From: an uncultured Candidatus Saccharibacteria bacterium
GTDB lineage: Bacteria; Patescibacteriota; Doudnabacteria; UBA920
Direction: 5' to 3'
Length of the DNA stretch: 64,000 bases
Assembly (NCBI GenBank): GCA_964416765.1
Contig: CAYQEU010000001.1
Location: 549,357-613,356 of the forward strand
In this document: positions 49,501 through 57,806 of the stretch, one piece after another
How the letters are laid out: each line of letters starts with the position of its first letter
How positions within the stretch are numbered: position 1 is the first letter of the stretch
Notes under the pieces: generated by a model
Told to the model about the DNA's origin: nothing
Databases searched by the model: none
Seen by the model: the letters and a program-made list of their open reading frames with translations, nothing else
Made by a program: the position numbers and the translations under genes

Positions 49501-49550
49501 AGTTCGTCAAAGTTCGGGGTATTGGATTGTGGCTTTTCGGTGTCAGTCAT
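46512..49550 (-). CDS. ileS: Isoleucyl-tRNA synthetase, type 2 (eukaryote-like)
   Basis: FYDGPPFATGLPHYG, GWDCHGLP, WTTTPWTLP, DWNISRNRYW and KMSKS motifs. Confidence 0.97.
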   Translation of the reverse strand: MTDTEKPQSNTPNFDELEKSIQQYWKDNRVFEKSLEKTRDGEPYIFYDGPPFATGLPHYGSILPSVVKDAIPRYQTMRGRFVRRRWGWDCHGLPIENIVEQQLGISGKKQIEEIGVAKFNETCRQNVLSYAEEWGKTISRVARWVDFENSYKTMDTSFMESVWWGLKKTWDKGLIYEDRKVLLYCSRCETPISNFEVAMDNSYRDITEESVFVKFKLPARQRIVDWLTDENTYALAWTTTPWTLPGNTSLNIGGDITYVVVEQNGENYILAKERLEVLEGEYEIKMECSARSLEGLVYEPLFPGVIVDESGRAHKIYIADFVTTTDGTGVVHNAAMYGEDDYKLAKEKELPRVEMLDHKGQYMDIAPQHLRGVFFKDADPIVIKVLQEKNQLYKALPYTHSYPHCYRCGTPLFYNALPAWFINIQKLKPQLLEQNESINWYPEHLKYGRFKLGIENAPDWNISRNRYWATALPFWKCDNKDCKNVTCIGSVSELIEKSTNFNEVYPDFNLSEINYDAGSHEQNLNQSEKFAKLDLHRPYIDQVKLKCEECQTSMTRIPEVIDCWVESGSMPFAELHYPFENQDLFKQRFPSDFVVEYIPQTRAWFYVMHVVSNIIFERTPFKNVITTGTILAEDGTKMSKSKNNYPDPNLVIEKYGADALRFYLLTSPVINGEDINFSEKTISEISRKVNMMMYNVWSFYRMYSKETSPGERPETSDVLDQWVLALLDQLVARVTKELDNYDTVKAGKLIVEFVNDLSTWYLRRSRDRIKQGDDSGKTALAVLQYVLVQTSKVLAPFMPYLSDFIYRDLTGGESVHLEDWPIAPSSSNETILSDMELARQIVTAGHALRKASSIAVSQPLRAVAARLQTDIDLDKDLVKLILAELNVQEWDTSIVDKASIRPETIKTGEGEGRLQQAFLDIELTPELEAMGAARKLERQIQDMRKKAGLQVGELVDLYYTTTDEKMERALVELVDRRKTFVNQVQTSLEVEADYETQADIGGAVVWLGIVRV

Positions 49551-49563
49551 AGATTTATAGTTA

Positions 49564-51306
49564 TTACATTCGTTCAGGGGCCGTGATGCCCAGCAGGCCC
49601 AAGCCGTGGCTTAAGACATTGGCAGTGGCTTCAAGCAAAGCGAGGCGCTGTATCCTAATTTTCGGGTCGCTTTCCTTAATAATCGGCACGTCGTTGTAAA
49701 ACCCATTAAACGCGCTGGCTAACTCATGAAGATAATTGCATAGCAAGTTGGGTTTGTACTCCGAGGCGGCTGCGATAATGGCGTTTTCGTAGCGATTGAG
49801 CAAACGCATGAGGTTCAGTTCCGGTTCGCCTGAAAGACTTTCTATCTTGGGCGCGGCCGCTTCCCCGGCTTTTTCAAAAATACTTTTGATGCGGGCATGG
49901 GCGTACTGGATATATGGCCCGGTATTGCCCTCCAAGGAAATGGTTTGTTCGATATCAAAGTAAATCCTGGTCTGGGGTTCATAGTGCAAGTAGCCATACT
50001 TAATGGCGCCATAAGCAATTGATTCAACCAAGGCCTCATCGTCAGCCGAACCCTTCAGGCGCTCCAGAGTAGCCATGGTTTGCTTCACCCGGTCTTTCAC
50101 GCTCTCGAGCAGGCCGTCCGAAGTAATGGCATTACCTGACCGGGATGACATCTTGTCCTTGCCTAGGTAAACATGTTCGTAGGGCAAGTGGCGGAAGTTT
50201 TTTGACCAAGGGTATTCAAGCAACTCAAAAATGCGGCGGAGTACTTCAAAATGGTACGACTGTTCGCTTGCGGTGGTGACAATGGCCAGGTCAGGACTAT
50301 GCCGCCTGTTGCGAAGATCCCACAAATACATGTCCTGCGTTATGTAAATGGTGGTGCCGTCTTTCCGGAGCAAATATTTTTTGCCCAAATGCTCCTCCGG
50401 GAATGACACGCTCACGCTCCCGTCTTTTTCCTGCTGAAAAATTCCCTTCTCTACTCCAGACATGACTAAGTCACGCCCTTTGTCATAGATTTCACTTTCA
50501 AAATCAACTTCGTCAAAGGTAGTGCCTTCCTTTTCGTAGGTTTCTTTTACGCCTTCAAAAAACCAAGCGTTCATTTTTTCCCATAAGGCGCGGACTTCCT
50601 GATCCCCGGCTTCCCAGCGGCGGAGCAGTTCCTGAGCTTCATCATTGAGTTCTTGCTCTGACTGTTGGTTCACCGAAGATTTTTCACCAAACATTTTATA
50701 AAAATGCCCCACGAAATGGTCCGGTTTCATCCCCGCTTGCTCAGGGTTTTGCCCATCGCCAAATTTCATATACATGAGCACGCTCTTCATTATGTGAATA
50801 CCGCGGTCGTTGATAATTTCGCAGGTAGTCACGTCATACCCCAGCGCCTGCAGTAAGTTAATACAGGCCTTGCCGTAAACATCATTGCGGACATGGCCGA
50901 TGTGCAGGGGCTTGTTGGTGTTCGGGCTGGAATACTCAAAAACTACTTTCTTTCCTTCGCCGATTTTCGGTCCCCCCATGAACTCACCAGCTTTGAGCTG
51001 GGTGGTGCGCTCGGCAAGGGCCATGCCAGATAGCTTAAAGTTTATAAAACCGCCCGCGGCCTGAACGGACTCAAATTTATTTGCTGCGGCTTGGTCCGCC
51101 GCTGTAAGCTTTTCTGCTAAATCTGTTGCTATGGCGTTGGGGTTAGCCTTAAGCTGGCTGGCCAGCCGCATGGCAACATTGGTAAAGTAATCGCCGTGGG
51201 CGAGCTCAGGCAAACCCACTTCAATTCCGGGAATGTCCTGAAGTTTTCCGGCGGCCTGCATTTCACTCAAAATGCCCTGTAATAGCTGTAAAACGTACTG
51301 TTTCAT
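49564..51306 (-). CDS. argS: Arginyl-tRNA synthetase
   Basis: EYSSPNTNKPLHIGH, KMSSRSG, GNTGPYIQYAHAR and C-terminal PERM. Confidence 0.97.
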   Translation of the reverse strand: MKQYVLQLLQGILSEMQAAGKLQDIPGIEVGLPELAHGDYFTNVAMRLASQLKANPNAIATDLAEKLTAADQAAANKFESVQAAGGFINFKLSGMALAERTTQLKAGEFMGGPKIGEGKKVVFEYSSPNTNKPLHIGHVRNDVYGKACINLLQALGYDVTTCEIINDRGIHIMKSVLMYMKFGDGQNPEQAGMKPDHFVGHFYKMFGEKSSVNQQSEQELNDEAQELLRRWEAGDQEVRALWEKMNAWFFEGVKETYEKEGTTFDEVDFESEIYDKGRDLVMSGVEKGIFQQEKDGSVSVSFPEEHLGKKYLLRKDGTTIYITQDMYLWDLRNRRHSPDLAIVTTASEQSYHFEVLRRIFELLEYPWSKNFRHLPYEHVYLGKDKMSSRSGNAITSDGLLESVKDRVKQTMATLERLKGSADDEALVESIAYGAIKYGYLHYEPQTRIYFDIEQTISLEGNTGPYIQYAHARIKSIFEKAGEAAAPKIESLSGEPELNLMRLLNRYENAIIAAASEYKPNLLCNYLHELASAFNGFYNDVPIIKESDPKIRIQRLALLEATANVLSHGLGLLGITAPERM

Positions 51307-51339
51307 AGAGGTAATTATAGCATAATTTCAGGCACAAAT

Positions 51340-51367
51340 TTGACAGTATTTCGGGTTATGCTAGAGT
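51340..51367 (+). promoter_or_regulatory. Sigma70-type promoter of the leader-HAD-ATP-grasp unit
   Basis: TTGACA-16 nt-TAGAGT with an extended TG; divergent from the argS promoter. Confidence 0.6.
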
Positions 51368-51376
51368 TAAACCAGT

Positions 51377-51463
51377 ATGAATATATCAGCTACCTTTACC
51401 TATAACTGGCATTTCTTCAGCTTTTCCCTAAAGCCGGTTTTTGGTTATGTAGCTATCAGATAG
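51377..51463 (+). CDS. Putative 28-aa leader peptide MNISATFTYNWHFFSFSLKPVFGYVAIR
   Basis: ATG 9 nt after the -10 box; 9 of 28 residues are F/Y/W/H; contains the antiterminator arm AGCCGGT. Confidence 0.6.
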   Translation: MNISATFTYNWHFFSFSLKPVFGYVAIR

Positions 51464-51493
51464 TACCACCAGGTACAAATCAGCATTCTACCT

Positions 51494-51515
51494 ACCGGCT
51501 CAGGCCGGTTTTTTT
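51494..51515 (+). terminator. Attenuator-type intrinsic terminator in the 5' leader
   Basis: ACCGGC-TCAG-GCCGGT followed by a T run, 14 nt upstream of the HAD start. Confidence 0.75.
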
Positions 51516-51529
51516 ATTAATACACGCAA

Positions 51530-51985
51530 ATGAACAAAGTAATCATTTTTGATTTTAACAGGACAATATACGATCCCGAACAGCGCAGTCTCATTGCCGG
51601 GGCTTTGGCTATGCTTAAAGAACTCATCGGGCAGGGATTCCAGCTGCACCTGATTAGTATGGCTGCGCCATCACGGGAAGAGCTCATCAGGAATTTGGGC
51701 CTGCATTCGTTTTTTGAATCGGTTACCCTTTGTGAACATAAGAGCCTGCAAATATTTGAACAAATCCTAAAAGAGGCCGAAGCGGACATCCATCAAAGTT
51801 TCGCCGTGGGCGACCGGGTCAAAAAGGAACTTTATTTTGCCAACCAATTGGGCTTGCCTACTGTCTGGTACCGACAGGGCCGGTTCGCCGCCGAGCTCCC
51901 CGAAACCATGGCGGAGCATCCCACTTACATCGCGCATTCCCTTAGCGAAATCCCGCGCATAGTGGCCAGGCATACAAACCCTTAA
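51530..51985 (+). CDS. HAD-superfamily hydrolase (small, capless)
   Basis: IIFDFNRTIYD motif I, LHLIS motif II, K, and VGDR...E motif IV. Confidence 0.85.
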   Translation: MNKVIIFDFNRTIYDPEQRSLIAGALAMLKELIGQGFQLHLISMAAPSREELIRNLGLHSFFESVTLCEHKSLQIFEQILKEAEADIHQSFAVGDRVKKELYFANQLGLPTVWYRQGRFAAELPETMAEHPTYIAHSLSEIPRIVARHTNP

Positions 51986-52070
51986 TGACAGTGCGGAGTT
52001 GGAGATGCATAACCAACTCCCCGCTGCCATTAAGCAGCAAGAAACAAAAAACAAAACTTAAGGAGTGGTT

Positions 52071-53363
52071 ATGACACAAGAACTGCATGAACGACTGCGT
52101 AAAGTGGTCTCGGAAACCGGCTTGTGGAATGGGGGCGCGGGCAATCGCGCGTTCCTCCTTTCCCCTTCGGTATATGAACTGACCGCCGACAAGGCGACGG
52201 AGCTGGCCCTACTGGGTCAATCCATTAAATCCTGCTTTGCGGGACTCAACGGGATGGCGGCGGAAGTCTCCAATCCCAAAAACGGGCATTCCCGCGCCTG
52301 GCGTATCGCCCGTGCCGCTTTTACGAACGGGGTCTCCAAGCTATACGGCAACCTGCAAAGGGCGAACCCTCACCACGAGCCGCTGATTACCAAAGTGGAC
52401 TTGATGGAGGACAAGCAGGGCAACTACCTTATAGCGGAAATTGACGGCTACAACCCGCGCGGGATGGGATATTCGACGCTCGCCTCCTATCTCGCCAGGA
52501 CGGTATCCGACCAACCCCGGCTTCCGGGAGTGGCGGCGTGTCTCGCCCGTGAGTTACTCGCGGAGGGAGTGGATAAGGTTACATTCCTGTACGCCGACAA
52601 CGAACGGTTTTACCTTCCCGAGTTCACTATCTTCCAAAAAGAAATGGCAAACCACGGGGTTCAGGTAATTCTAGTTTCGGAATTGGACGACGTACTCCAC
52701 CCTTTGACGGAATACTACGTTGTCCTGCCGCAACTCAACCGCAAGCCCGCGCTGGGATCCCAACTGGCGCAGCTATATCTGGAAGACAAAGTGTTCTTCC
52801 TCATTCCGCCCAAACCCTACCTCGGCTCAAAATCCGTTCTCGCCCTGCTCAAAAACGAGGATGGCGTGGAAGAACTGGAAAACCTGCTCTGCTCCTACAT
52901 TCCCCTGCCTGAACTGGAGCGGGTCCGCCGTCACATTCCCGAAACCTACCTTGTGGGGAAAAACCCGCTCAAGCATTCGGCGCGGGCGGTCAGGAACTCA
53001 CTGGGCTTAACTTTGTGGGAAGAAGCACTCGCCTCCGCCCCCAGAGAATTCGTCCTGAAACGTTCCATCTCCAGCGGGATGAAAGGTGTGTTTTTTGCCG
53101 ACGACCACCAGTACGAATCCGCGCTGGTGGAAGCAGGCAACGCGCAAGGCTGCTTTGTGCTTCAGCGCGAAGTCGAACAGCTCGACCGCTGTTTCTCCTG
53201 CTTCACGGCGGAGGGAGCCGAAGCCGCTCACGACAACTGGCACACCCGTGTTACCGCGCATTACATTGCCGGTAATTTGGCTGACATCGTTGTAACGGCG
53301 CGCCGGGACAAAAGAGTCCACGGCTCAACGGACTGCCTTCAACTGGGAACCGTTCTTGTTTAA
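52071..53363 (+). CDS. Circularly permuted ATP-grasp / glutathionylspermidine-synthetase-like amide ligase
   Basis: KVDLMED...IAEIDGYNPRGMGY metal/ATP motif, FVLK..ISSGMKGVFF and FVLQREV; AAGGAG RBS 5 nt before ATG 52071. Confidence 0.7.
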   Translation: MTQELHERLRKVVSETGLWNGGAGNRAFLLSPSVYELTADKATELALLGQSIKSCFAGLNGMAAEVSNPKNGHSRAWRIARAAFTNGVSKLYGNLQRANPHHEPLITKVDLMEDKQGNYLIAEIDGYNPRGMGYSTLASYLARTVSDQPRLPGVAACLARELLAEGVDKVTFLYADNERFYLPEFTIFQKEMANHGVQVILVSELDDVLHPLTEYYVVLPQLNRKPALGSQLAQLYLEDKVFFLIPPKPYLGSKSVLALLKNEDGVEELENLLCSYIPLPELERVRRHIPETYLVGKNPLKHSARAVRNSLGLTLWEEALASAPREFVLKRSISSGMKGVFFADDHQYESALVEAGNAQGCFVLQREVEQLDRCFSCFTAEGAEAAHDNWHTRVTAHYIAGNLADIVVTARRDKRVHGSTDCLQLGTVLV

Positions 53364-53386
53364 TTGGCTCTATATAATAGAGCATC

Positions 53387-53422
53387 AAAAGCCTGGTTTA
53401 ACCAACCACGGCTTTTCTTTTT
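53387..53422 (+). terminator. Probable terminator after the ATP-grasp gene
   Basis: AAAAGCC-TGGTT...AACCA-C-GGCTTTT with a T-rich tail. Confidence 0.55.
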
Positions 53423-53465
53423 GCTTAATTTTGTTTTATTCCCTGACAAAAGGTAAACTTAATAT

Positions 53466-54050
53466 ATGGTTTTACCACTCGATCGAATAATCCAGCTTCT
53501 GGAAGAATCAAAATACCTCCTGCTTTTTCCAATATCAATTATGGAAGGGCCCATTGTCAGCATTTTGGCTGGTTTTATTTCTTCCCTGGGAAAAATGAAC
53601 CCCTTCATCGCCACCGGGATTGTCATATTGGGCGACCTAACGGGCGACACCGCATACTATTTAATCGGGCGCTATGGGCGGAAGGGCATAATTTTAAAAT
53701 ACGGCAGGTTTTTGGGGATTACGGAAGCCAACGTAAACCGTATGGACGACCATTTTGAAAAGAACACCGGCAAGACGTTACTGTTTGGCAAGTTTGCCCA
53801 CGCCCTGGGCACCCCAATCCTGTTCGCGGCTGGTATAGCAAAAGTTCCCTTCGGCCGTTTCCTCCTATACAACTTCGTGGGAACCGTTCCCAAATCGGCC
53901 GTACTCGTTTTGATAGGTTATTACTTTGGCAGCAGTTACCAAAAAATTAACGGCTACTTCGACAACGCCACTTACATTGGCATCGGCATAGCCGTCGTGC
54001 TGGTAATAGCTTACGTGCTGTTTACCCGCTACGCGAGGGAGAAGGTATGA
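53466..54050 (+). CDS. dedA: DedA family membrane protein
   Basis: EGP...LAG, GDLTGD..YYLIGRYG and F..F...N..G motifs. Confidence 0.9.
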   Translation: MVLPLDRIIQLLEESKYLLLFPISIMEGPIVSILAGFISSLGKMNPFIATGIVILGDLTGDTAYYLIGRYGRKGIILKYGRFLGITEANVNRMDDHFEKNTGKTLLFGKFAHALGTPILFAAGIAKVPFGRFLLYNFVGTVPKSAVLVLIGYYFGSSYQKINGYFDNATYIGIGIAVVLVIAYVLFTRYAREKV

Positions 54051-55234
54051 GAATAGCCATGTTCACCGAAAACTTCTACCCGGAGTTGAGCGGCATCAGC
54101 GATTCCATAATGACAATTTCCAAAGCGCTGGCCAGCCGCGGCCATGAGCTGCATATTTTCGCGCCCCGTTACTCAAAGAAAAATTACGTCCATCTTAAAT
54201 TGGATTACAAAGAACCCGATCTGGGCGAAGGCGTGCATTTCCACCGCTTGTTTTCTTTTCCTTTCCCTGGCCCCACCGGACAGGCCCGTTTGGTTATCCC
54301 AACAGGGCTTCGAACCCTGGCCGTAAAAAAAATCCAACCTGACGTCATACATACTCATATGTTTTTCGGCGTTGGATGGGAAGGATTGCTGGCAGCCAAA
54401 ATACTGGGACTTCCTTTCATGGGCACGAGCCACACGCCAATTGGTGAATTCGTTAAATACTCCCCGCTCCATGGCAAATTCTTTACCGCGCTAAGTGAAC
54501 GCGCGGTGGCATGGTACTACAACCGCTGTGACTTCGTTTCTGCCCCGTCCCAATCCGTTCTGGATGAGATGGCGCAGTACGGATTCCGCAAGCCGCATCA
54601 AGTTTTGTCCAACCCAATCCAGCTGGATAGCTTTAAGCCGGTGGACACTCAAACAAAGCACAAACTCAAGGAAAAGTTCGGGCTAGGCGAGCGCTCTATT
54701 CTGTACACTGGCCGTCTGGCGGAAGAAAAGCACATTGATGTCATCCTGCGCGCTTTTGCCCTGGCGAAAGGAAAGCATCCTGGCTTGACCCTCGCCATCA
54801 CGGGACGCGGCCAGGCGGAAAGGGACCTCAAAAATCTGGCCAAAAGCTTGAGCGTGGCAGATTCGGTAAAATTCCTTGGTTTCCTTGATGACACCCAGTT
54901 TGCCGAACTCTACCAGGCATCTGATATTTTCGCCATTGCCAGCACCGCCGAAACCCAAAGCATTGCCCTCATGCAGGCCCTGTCCACCGGAATTCCCTCG
55001 GTGGTAGTAAACGCGCGCGCGCTCCCTCAGTACGTTAACGAATCCAACGGTTTCGTGGTCCCCATCGGCGACTTCCAAACAATGGCCGCCCGGTTTAATG
55101 AGCTAATTGATGACGAACAGGTATATAATAAGCTTAGCAAGGGTGCCAAGGTTTCCGTGGCCTCCCTTTCCATAGACAAAATCGCCGACGAATGGGAACA
55201 GCTATATACGATGATCATTAAACAAAAACCATGA
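54047..55234 (+). CDS. GT4 glycosyltransferase (diacylglycerol glucosyltransferase-like)
   Basis: MRIAMFTENFYPELSG, GRLAEEK and ETQSIALMQAL motifs. Confidence 0.85.
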   Translation: MRIAMFTENFYPELSGISDSIMTISKALASRGHELHIFAPRYSKKNYVHLKLDYKEPDLGEGVHFHRLFSFPFPGPTGQARLVIPTGLRTLAVKKIQPDVIHTHMFFGVGWEGLLAAKILGLPFMGTSHTPIGEFVKYSPLHGKFFTALSERAVAWYYNRCDFVSAPSQSVLDEMAQYGFRKPHQVLSNPIQLDSFKPVDTQTKHKLKEKFGLGERSILYTGRLAEEKHIDVILRAFALAKGKHPGLTLAITGRGQAERDLKNLAKSLSVADSVKFLGFLDDTQFAELYQASDIFAIASTAETQSIALMQALSTGIPSVVVNARALPQYVNESNGFVVPIGDFQTMAARFNELIDDEQVYNKLSKGAKVSVASLSIDKIADEWEQLYTMIIKQKP

Positions 55235-55968
55235 AGTTAAGTTTCGTTATCCCCGCTTACAACGAAGAGAACTATGTGGGAGAATGTCTCAAGGCCATTG
55301 CCGCCGAAACTGCAGGTGCCCAATACGACACCGAAGTCATTGTGGTTAACAACGCCAGTACTGATAACACCAAAGCCATTGCGGAGCGGTTCCCCGGAGT
55401 AATAGTAGTGGATGAGATGCAAAAAGGTTTGGTTAAAGCCCGCCACGCCGGTTTCGTGCGCGCCACCGGGGAAATAATCGCCAATATCGATTCCGACACC
55501 AGGATCAGCAAAGGCTGGCTGAAAAAAGTGATGTCGCAGTTCGAAGAGCACCCCAGGTTAGTAGCCCTCAGCGGACCATTCGTTTATTACGACATGTCGG
55601 CGGAATTTAATTTTGTCGTTCATCTCTACTACTATATTGCTTACTTGATGTATCTGGTGAACCGGTTTGTCCTGCGGCACGGCAGCCTCCTCCAGGGCGG
55701 CAATTTCGTGGTCAAAAAAACCGCGCTCCAGCAGGTGGGCGGCTTCGATACCAGCATCGATTTTTTCGGCGAAGACGCGGATGTCGCCCGGCGCATGGTC
55801 AAAGCCGGCCAGGTAAAATTTATGCTTGGTCTGAAAGCCTACTCCTCCGGCCGCCGCCTCGCCGGCGAAGGAGCACTCAAGACCGGTTGGAAGTATCTGG
55901 TAAATTATGTTTGGATAATGCTGCTTGGAAGGCCCTACCACACCGCGTCATCCGACTTCAGAAAATAA
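55231..55968 (+). CDS. GT2 glycosyltransferase
   Basis: VIPAYNEE, VNNASTD, DSD, GGF...GED and SGRR motifs. Confidence 0.9.
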   Translation: MKLSFVIPAYNEENYVGECLKAIAAETAGAQYDTEVIVVNNASTDNTKAIAERFPGVIVVDEMQKGLVKARHAGFVRATGEIIANIDSDTRISKGWLKKVMSQFEEHPRLVALSGPFVYYDMSAEFNFVVHLYYYIAYLMYLVNRFVLRHGSLLQGGNFVVKKTALQQVGGFDTSIDFFGEDADVARRMVKAGQVKFMLGLKAYSSGRRLAGEGALKTGWKYLVNYVWIMLLGRPYHTASSDFRK

Positions 55969-55990
55969 TCGCCCCAAGGGCGATTTTTTT
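55967..55990 (+). terminator. Intrinsic terminator
   Basis: AATCGCCC-CAA-GGGCGATT followed by a T run. Confidence 0.75.
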
Positions 55991-56018
55991 ATCCCCCAAA
56001 CAATGTTAAAATTAACCC

Positions 56019-56447
56019 ATGGCGCTAATCGCAAAGAACAAACGAGCCACATTTGATTACGACATCAAGGATACTTTTGATGCCGGTTTAGTATTGTCCG
56101 GTGCCGAAGTGAAATCCGCCAAAGCCGGCAACCTGTCCATGACAGGCAGCTACGTGACCGTCGCGCAAAACGGCGCCAACCTCGTGGCCCTGCACATTGG
56201 CCCTTATCCCTACGCCCCCAATGAGGGCTACAACCCCACCCGTACCCGGCAGCTGCTCCTCAACAAATCCGAACTAAACTCGCTAATAGGCAAAGAGAAA
56301 GGGTTGGCTATCATTCCATTGGAAATATTCCACAACAACCGCGGCCTGGTCAAAGTCAAAATCGGACTGGGTCGGCCGCGCAAAAAAGAAGACAAACGCG
56401 ACTACCTCAAGAAGCGCGAAGATATCCGCGAAATCCGAGAAACCTAA
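56019..56447 (+). CDS. smpB: SsrA-binding protein
   Basis: NKRATFDY, AGLVLSGAEVKS, RTRQLLL and KKEDKR motifs. Confidence 0.96.
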   Translation: MALIAKNKRATFDYDIKDTFDAGLVLSGAEVKSAKAGNLSMTGSYVTVAQNGANLVALHIGPYPYAPNEGYNPTRTRQLLLNKSELNSLIGKEKGLAIIPLEIFHNNRGLVKVKIGLGRPRKKEDKRDYLKKREDIREIRET

Positions 56448-56448
56448 A

Positions 56449-56991
56449 ATGAGCAGACTTCGAGAGGGAATCTATCTAGGCATAATCATAATTCTGCTGG
56501 CCGCCTGCATCAGCCTGGGCTACAGCAACGTGTGGGTGCCGCAAAACGACGCCAAGGTTTTCTATAACCGGGACACCGGACTTGATGACCAAGTTATGGG
56601 CGTTATCCAAAGCGCGGATAAGTACGTCTATTTCGGCATATACACTTTCACTAAAACTGACATTAAAGATGCCTTGCTCGGAGCCAAACATCGAGGCCTG
56701 GACGTGCAAGGTGTCACCGACAAGCAGCAATACGCGGCAATAGATGCCCAGAAAAAAATAATTGATGAGCTGCGTGCCGCGGGCATCCCCATTGCGGTGC
56801 AAACCCACAGCGCCATAATGCACGTAAAGCTCATTGTCACGGATAAGGGCTACGCCTCGGGTTCCTACAACTGGACGGCCAGCGCGACCAAAGAAAACGA
56901 TGAAGTTCTCGAAGTGGGCCATACTGAAATCGTACGGAAACAATATTACCAAATCATACGACATATACTCCGAGAATACCCGCCCGCATAA
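56449..56991 (+). CDS. Membrane-anchored single-HKD phospholipase D / Nuc-like protein
   Basis: N-terminal TM; HVKLIVTD-x5-SGSYNWT...NDE. Confidence 0.85.
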   Translation: MSRLREGIYLGIIIILLAACISLGYSNVWVPQNDAKVFYNRDTGLDDQVMGVIQSADKYVYFGIYTFTKTDIKDALLGAKHRGLDVQGVTDKQQYAAIDAQKKIIDELRAAGIPIAVQTHSAIMHVKLIVTDKGYASGSYNWTASATKENDEVLEVGHTEIVRKQYYQIIRHILREYPPA

Positions 56992-57011
56992 TAATATGCT
57001 AAAATAACTTT

Positions 57012-57290
57012 ATGGATCACAATAGCTTAGTCGATATCTTCTTTACCCTCACCGGTGTCGCGGTAATCATTATCACCATTTTGATTGCCATCATCGCCAT
57101 CTATGTTATAAGCGTTTTTCGAACCGTACGCCGCATCGTACGCACAGCGGAATTCGCGGCCAACGTGGTTAAAGAAGATTTTGGAGAATTGAGGACTAAC
57201 CTCAAAGAGCAGGGGCTAAACTTTTTCGCTTTCGCGAATTTCTTCAAGAATATTGCCAAAAAGCGCATCATTCCAAACCGAAAAAAATAA
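57012..57290 (+). CDS. Small membrane protein, YtxG/DUF948-like
   Basis: Long hydrophobic N-terminal helix followed by an amphipathic coil; precedes a YtxH-like gene. Confidence 0.6.
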   Translation: MDHNSLVDIFFTLTGVAVIIITILIAIIAIYVISVFRTVRRIVRTAEFAANVVKEDFGELRTNLKEQGLNFFAFANFFKNIAKKRIIPNRKK

Positions 57291-57306
57291 TTAACAAAAC
57301 AATATT

Positions 57307-57768
57307 ATGGCTTTAAAAAAGTCCCAAAAAACCGCAGTAGCGGTAGGTGCCGGTTTAGCCGGACTCGCTGCCACAGCCGCCGGCGTTTACTTCATGACCG
57401 GCAAGAACGCCAAGAACCGCAAGAAGCTTGCCACCTGGGCAGGCAAGATGCAGAAGGAAGTTCTCACTGAACTCCACAAAATGGAAAAGGCAACCAAGGC
57501 AAATTACAATAAGGTAATTGATACCGCCGCCAAAAACTACAAGACCCTGAAGTCCGTCAGCCCGGTCGAATTGGCCGCGCTGGCCAACGAGATGAAAGGC
57601 CACTGGGATTCCATTCAGCAGGAAATGCAGATGGCAGCTTCCAAGGTCCGTAAGGTAGTGCCACGCAGCGCCAAGCGCCCCAAGGCCAAAGTCGCGGTAA
57701 AGAAGGCCCCTGCCCGCAAGACCGCCGCAAAGAAACCGGCAGCAAAAAAAGCCACCCGTCGGAAGTAG
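57307..57768 (+). CDS. YtxH-like protein with histone-H1-like Lys/Ala tail
   Basis: GAGLAGLAATAAGVYF..GK..KNRKKL; C-terminal KKAPARKTAAKKPAAKK. Confidence 0.65.
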   Translation: MALKKSQKTAVAVGAGLAGLAATAAGVYFMTGKNAKNRKKLATWAGKMQKEVLTELHKMEKATKANYNKVIDTAAKNYKTLKSVSPVELAALANEMKGHWDSIQQEMQMAASKVRKVVPRSAKRPKAKVAVKKAPARKTAAKKPAAKKATRRK

Positions 57769-57780
57769 AAACATAAATTT

Positions 57781-57806
57781 AAAATCCCCCATACGGGGGA
57801 TTTTTT
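57781..57806. terminator. Bidirectional terminator
   Basis: AAAATCCCCC-ATAC-GGGGGATTTT between convergent genes. Confidence 0.85.
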
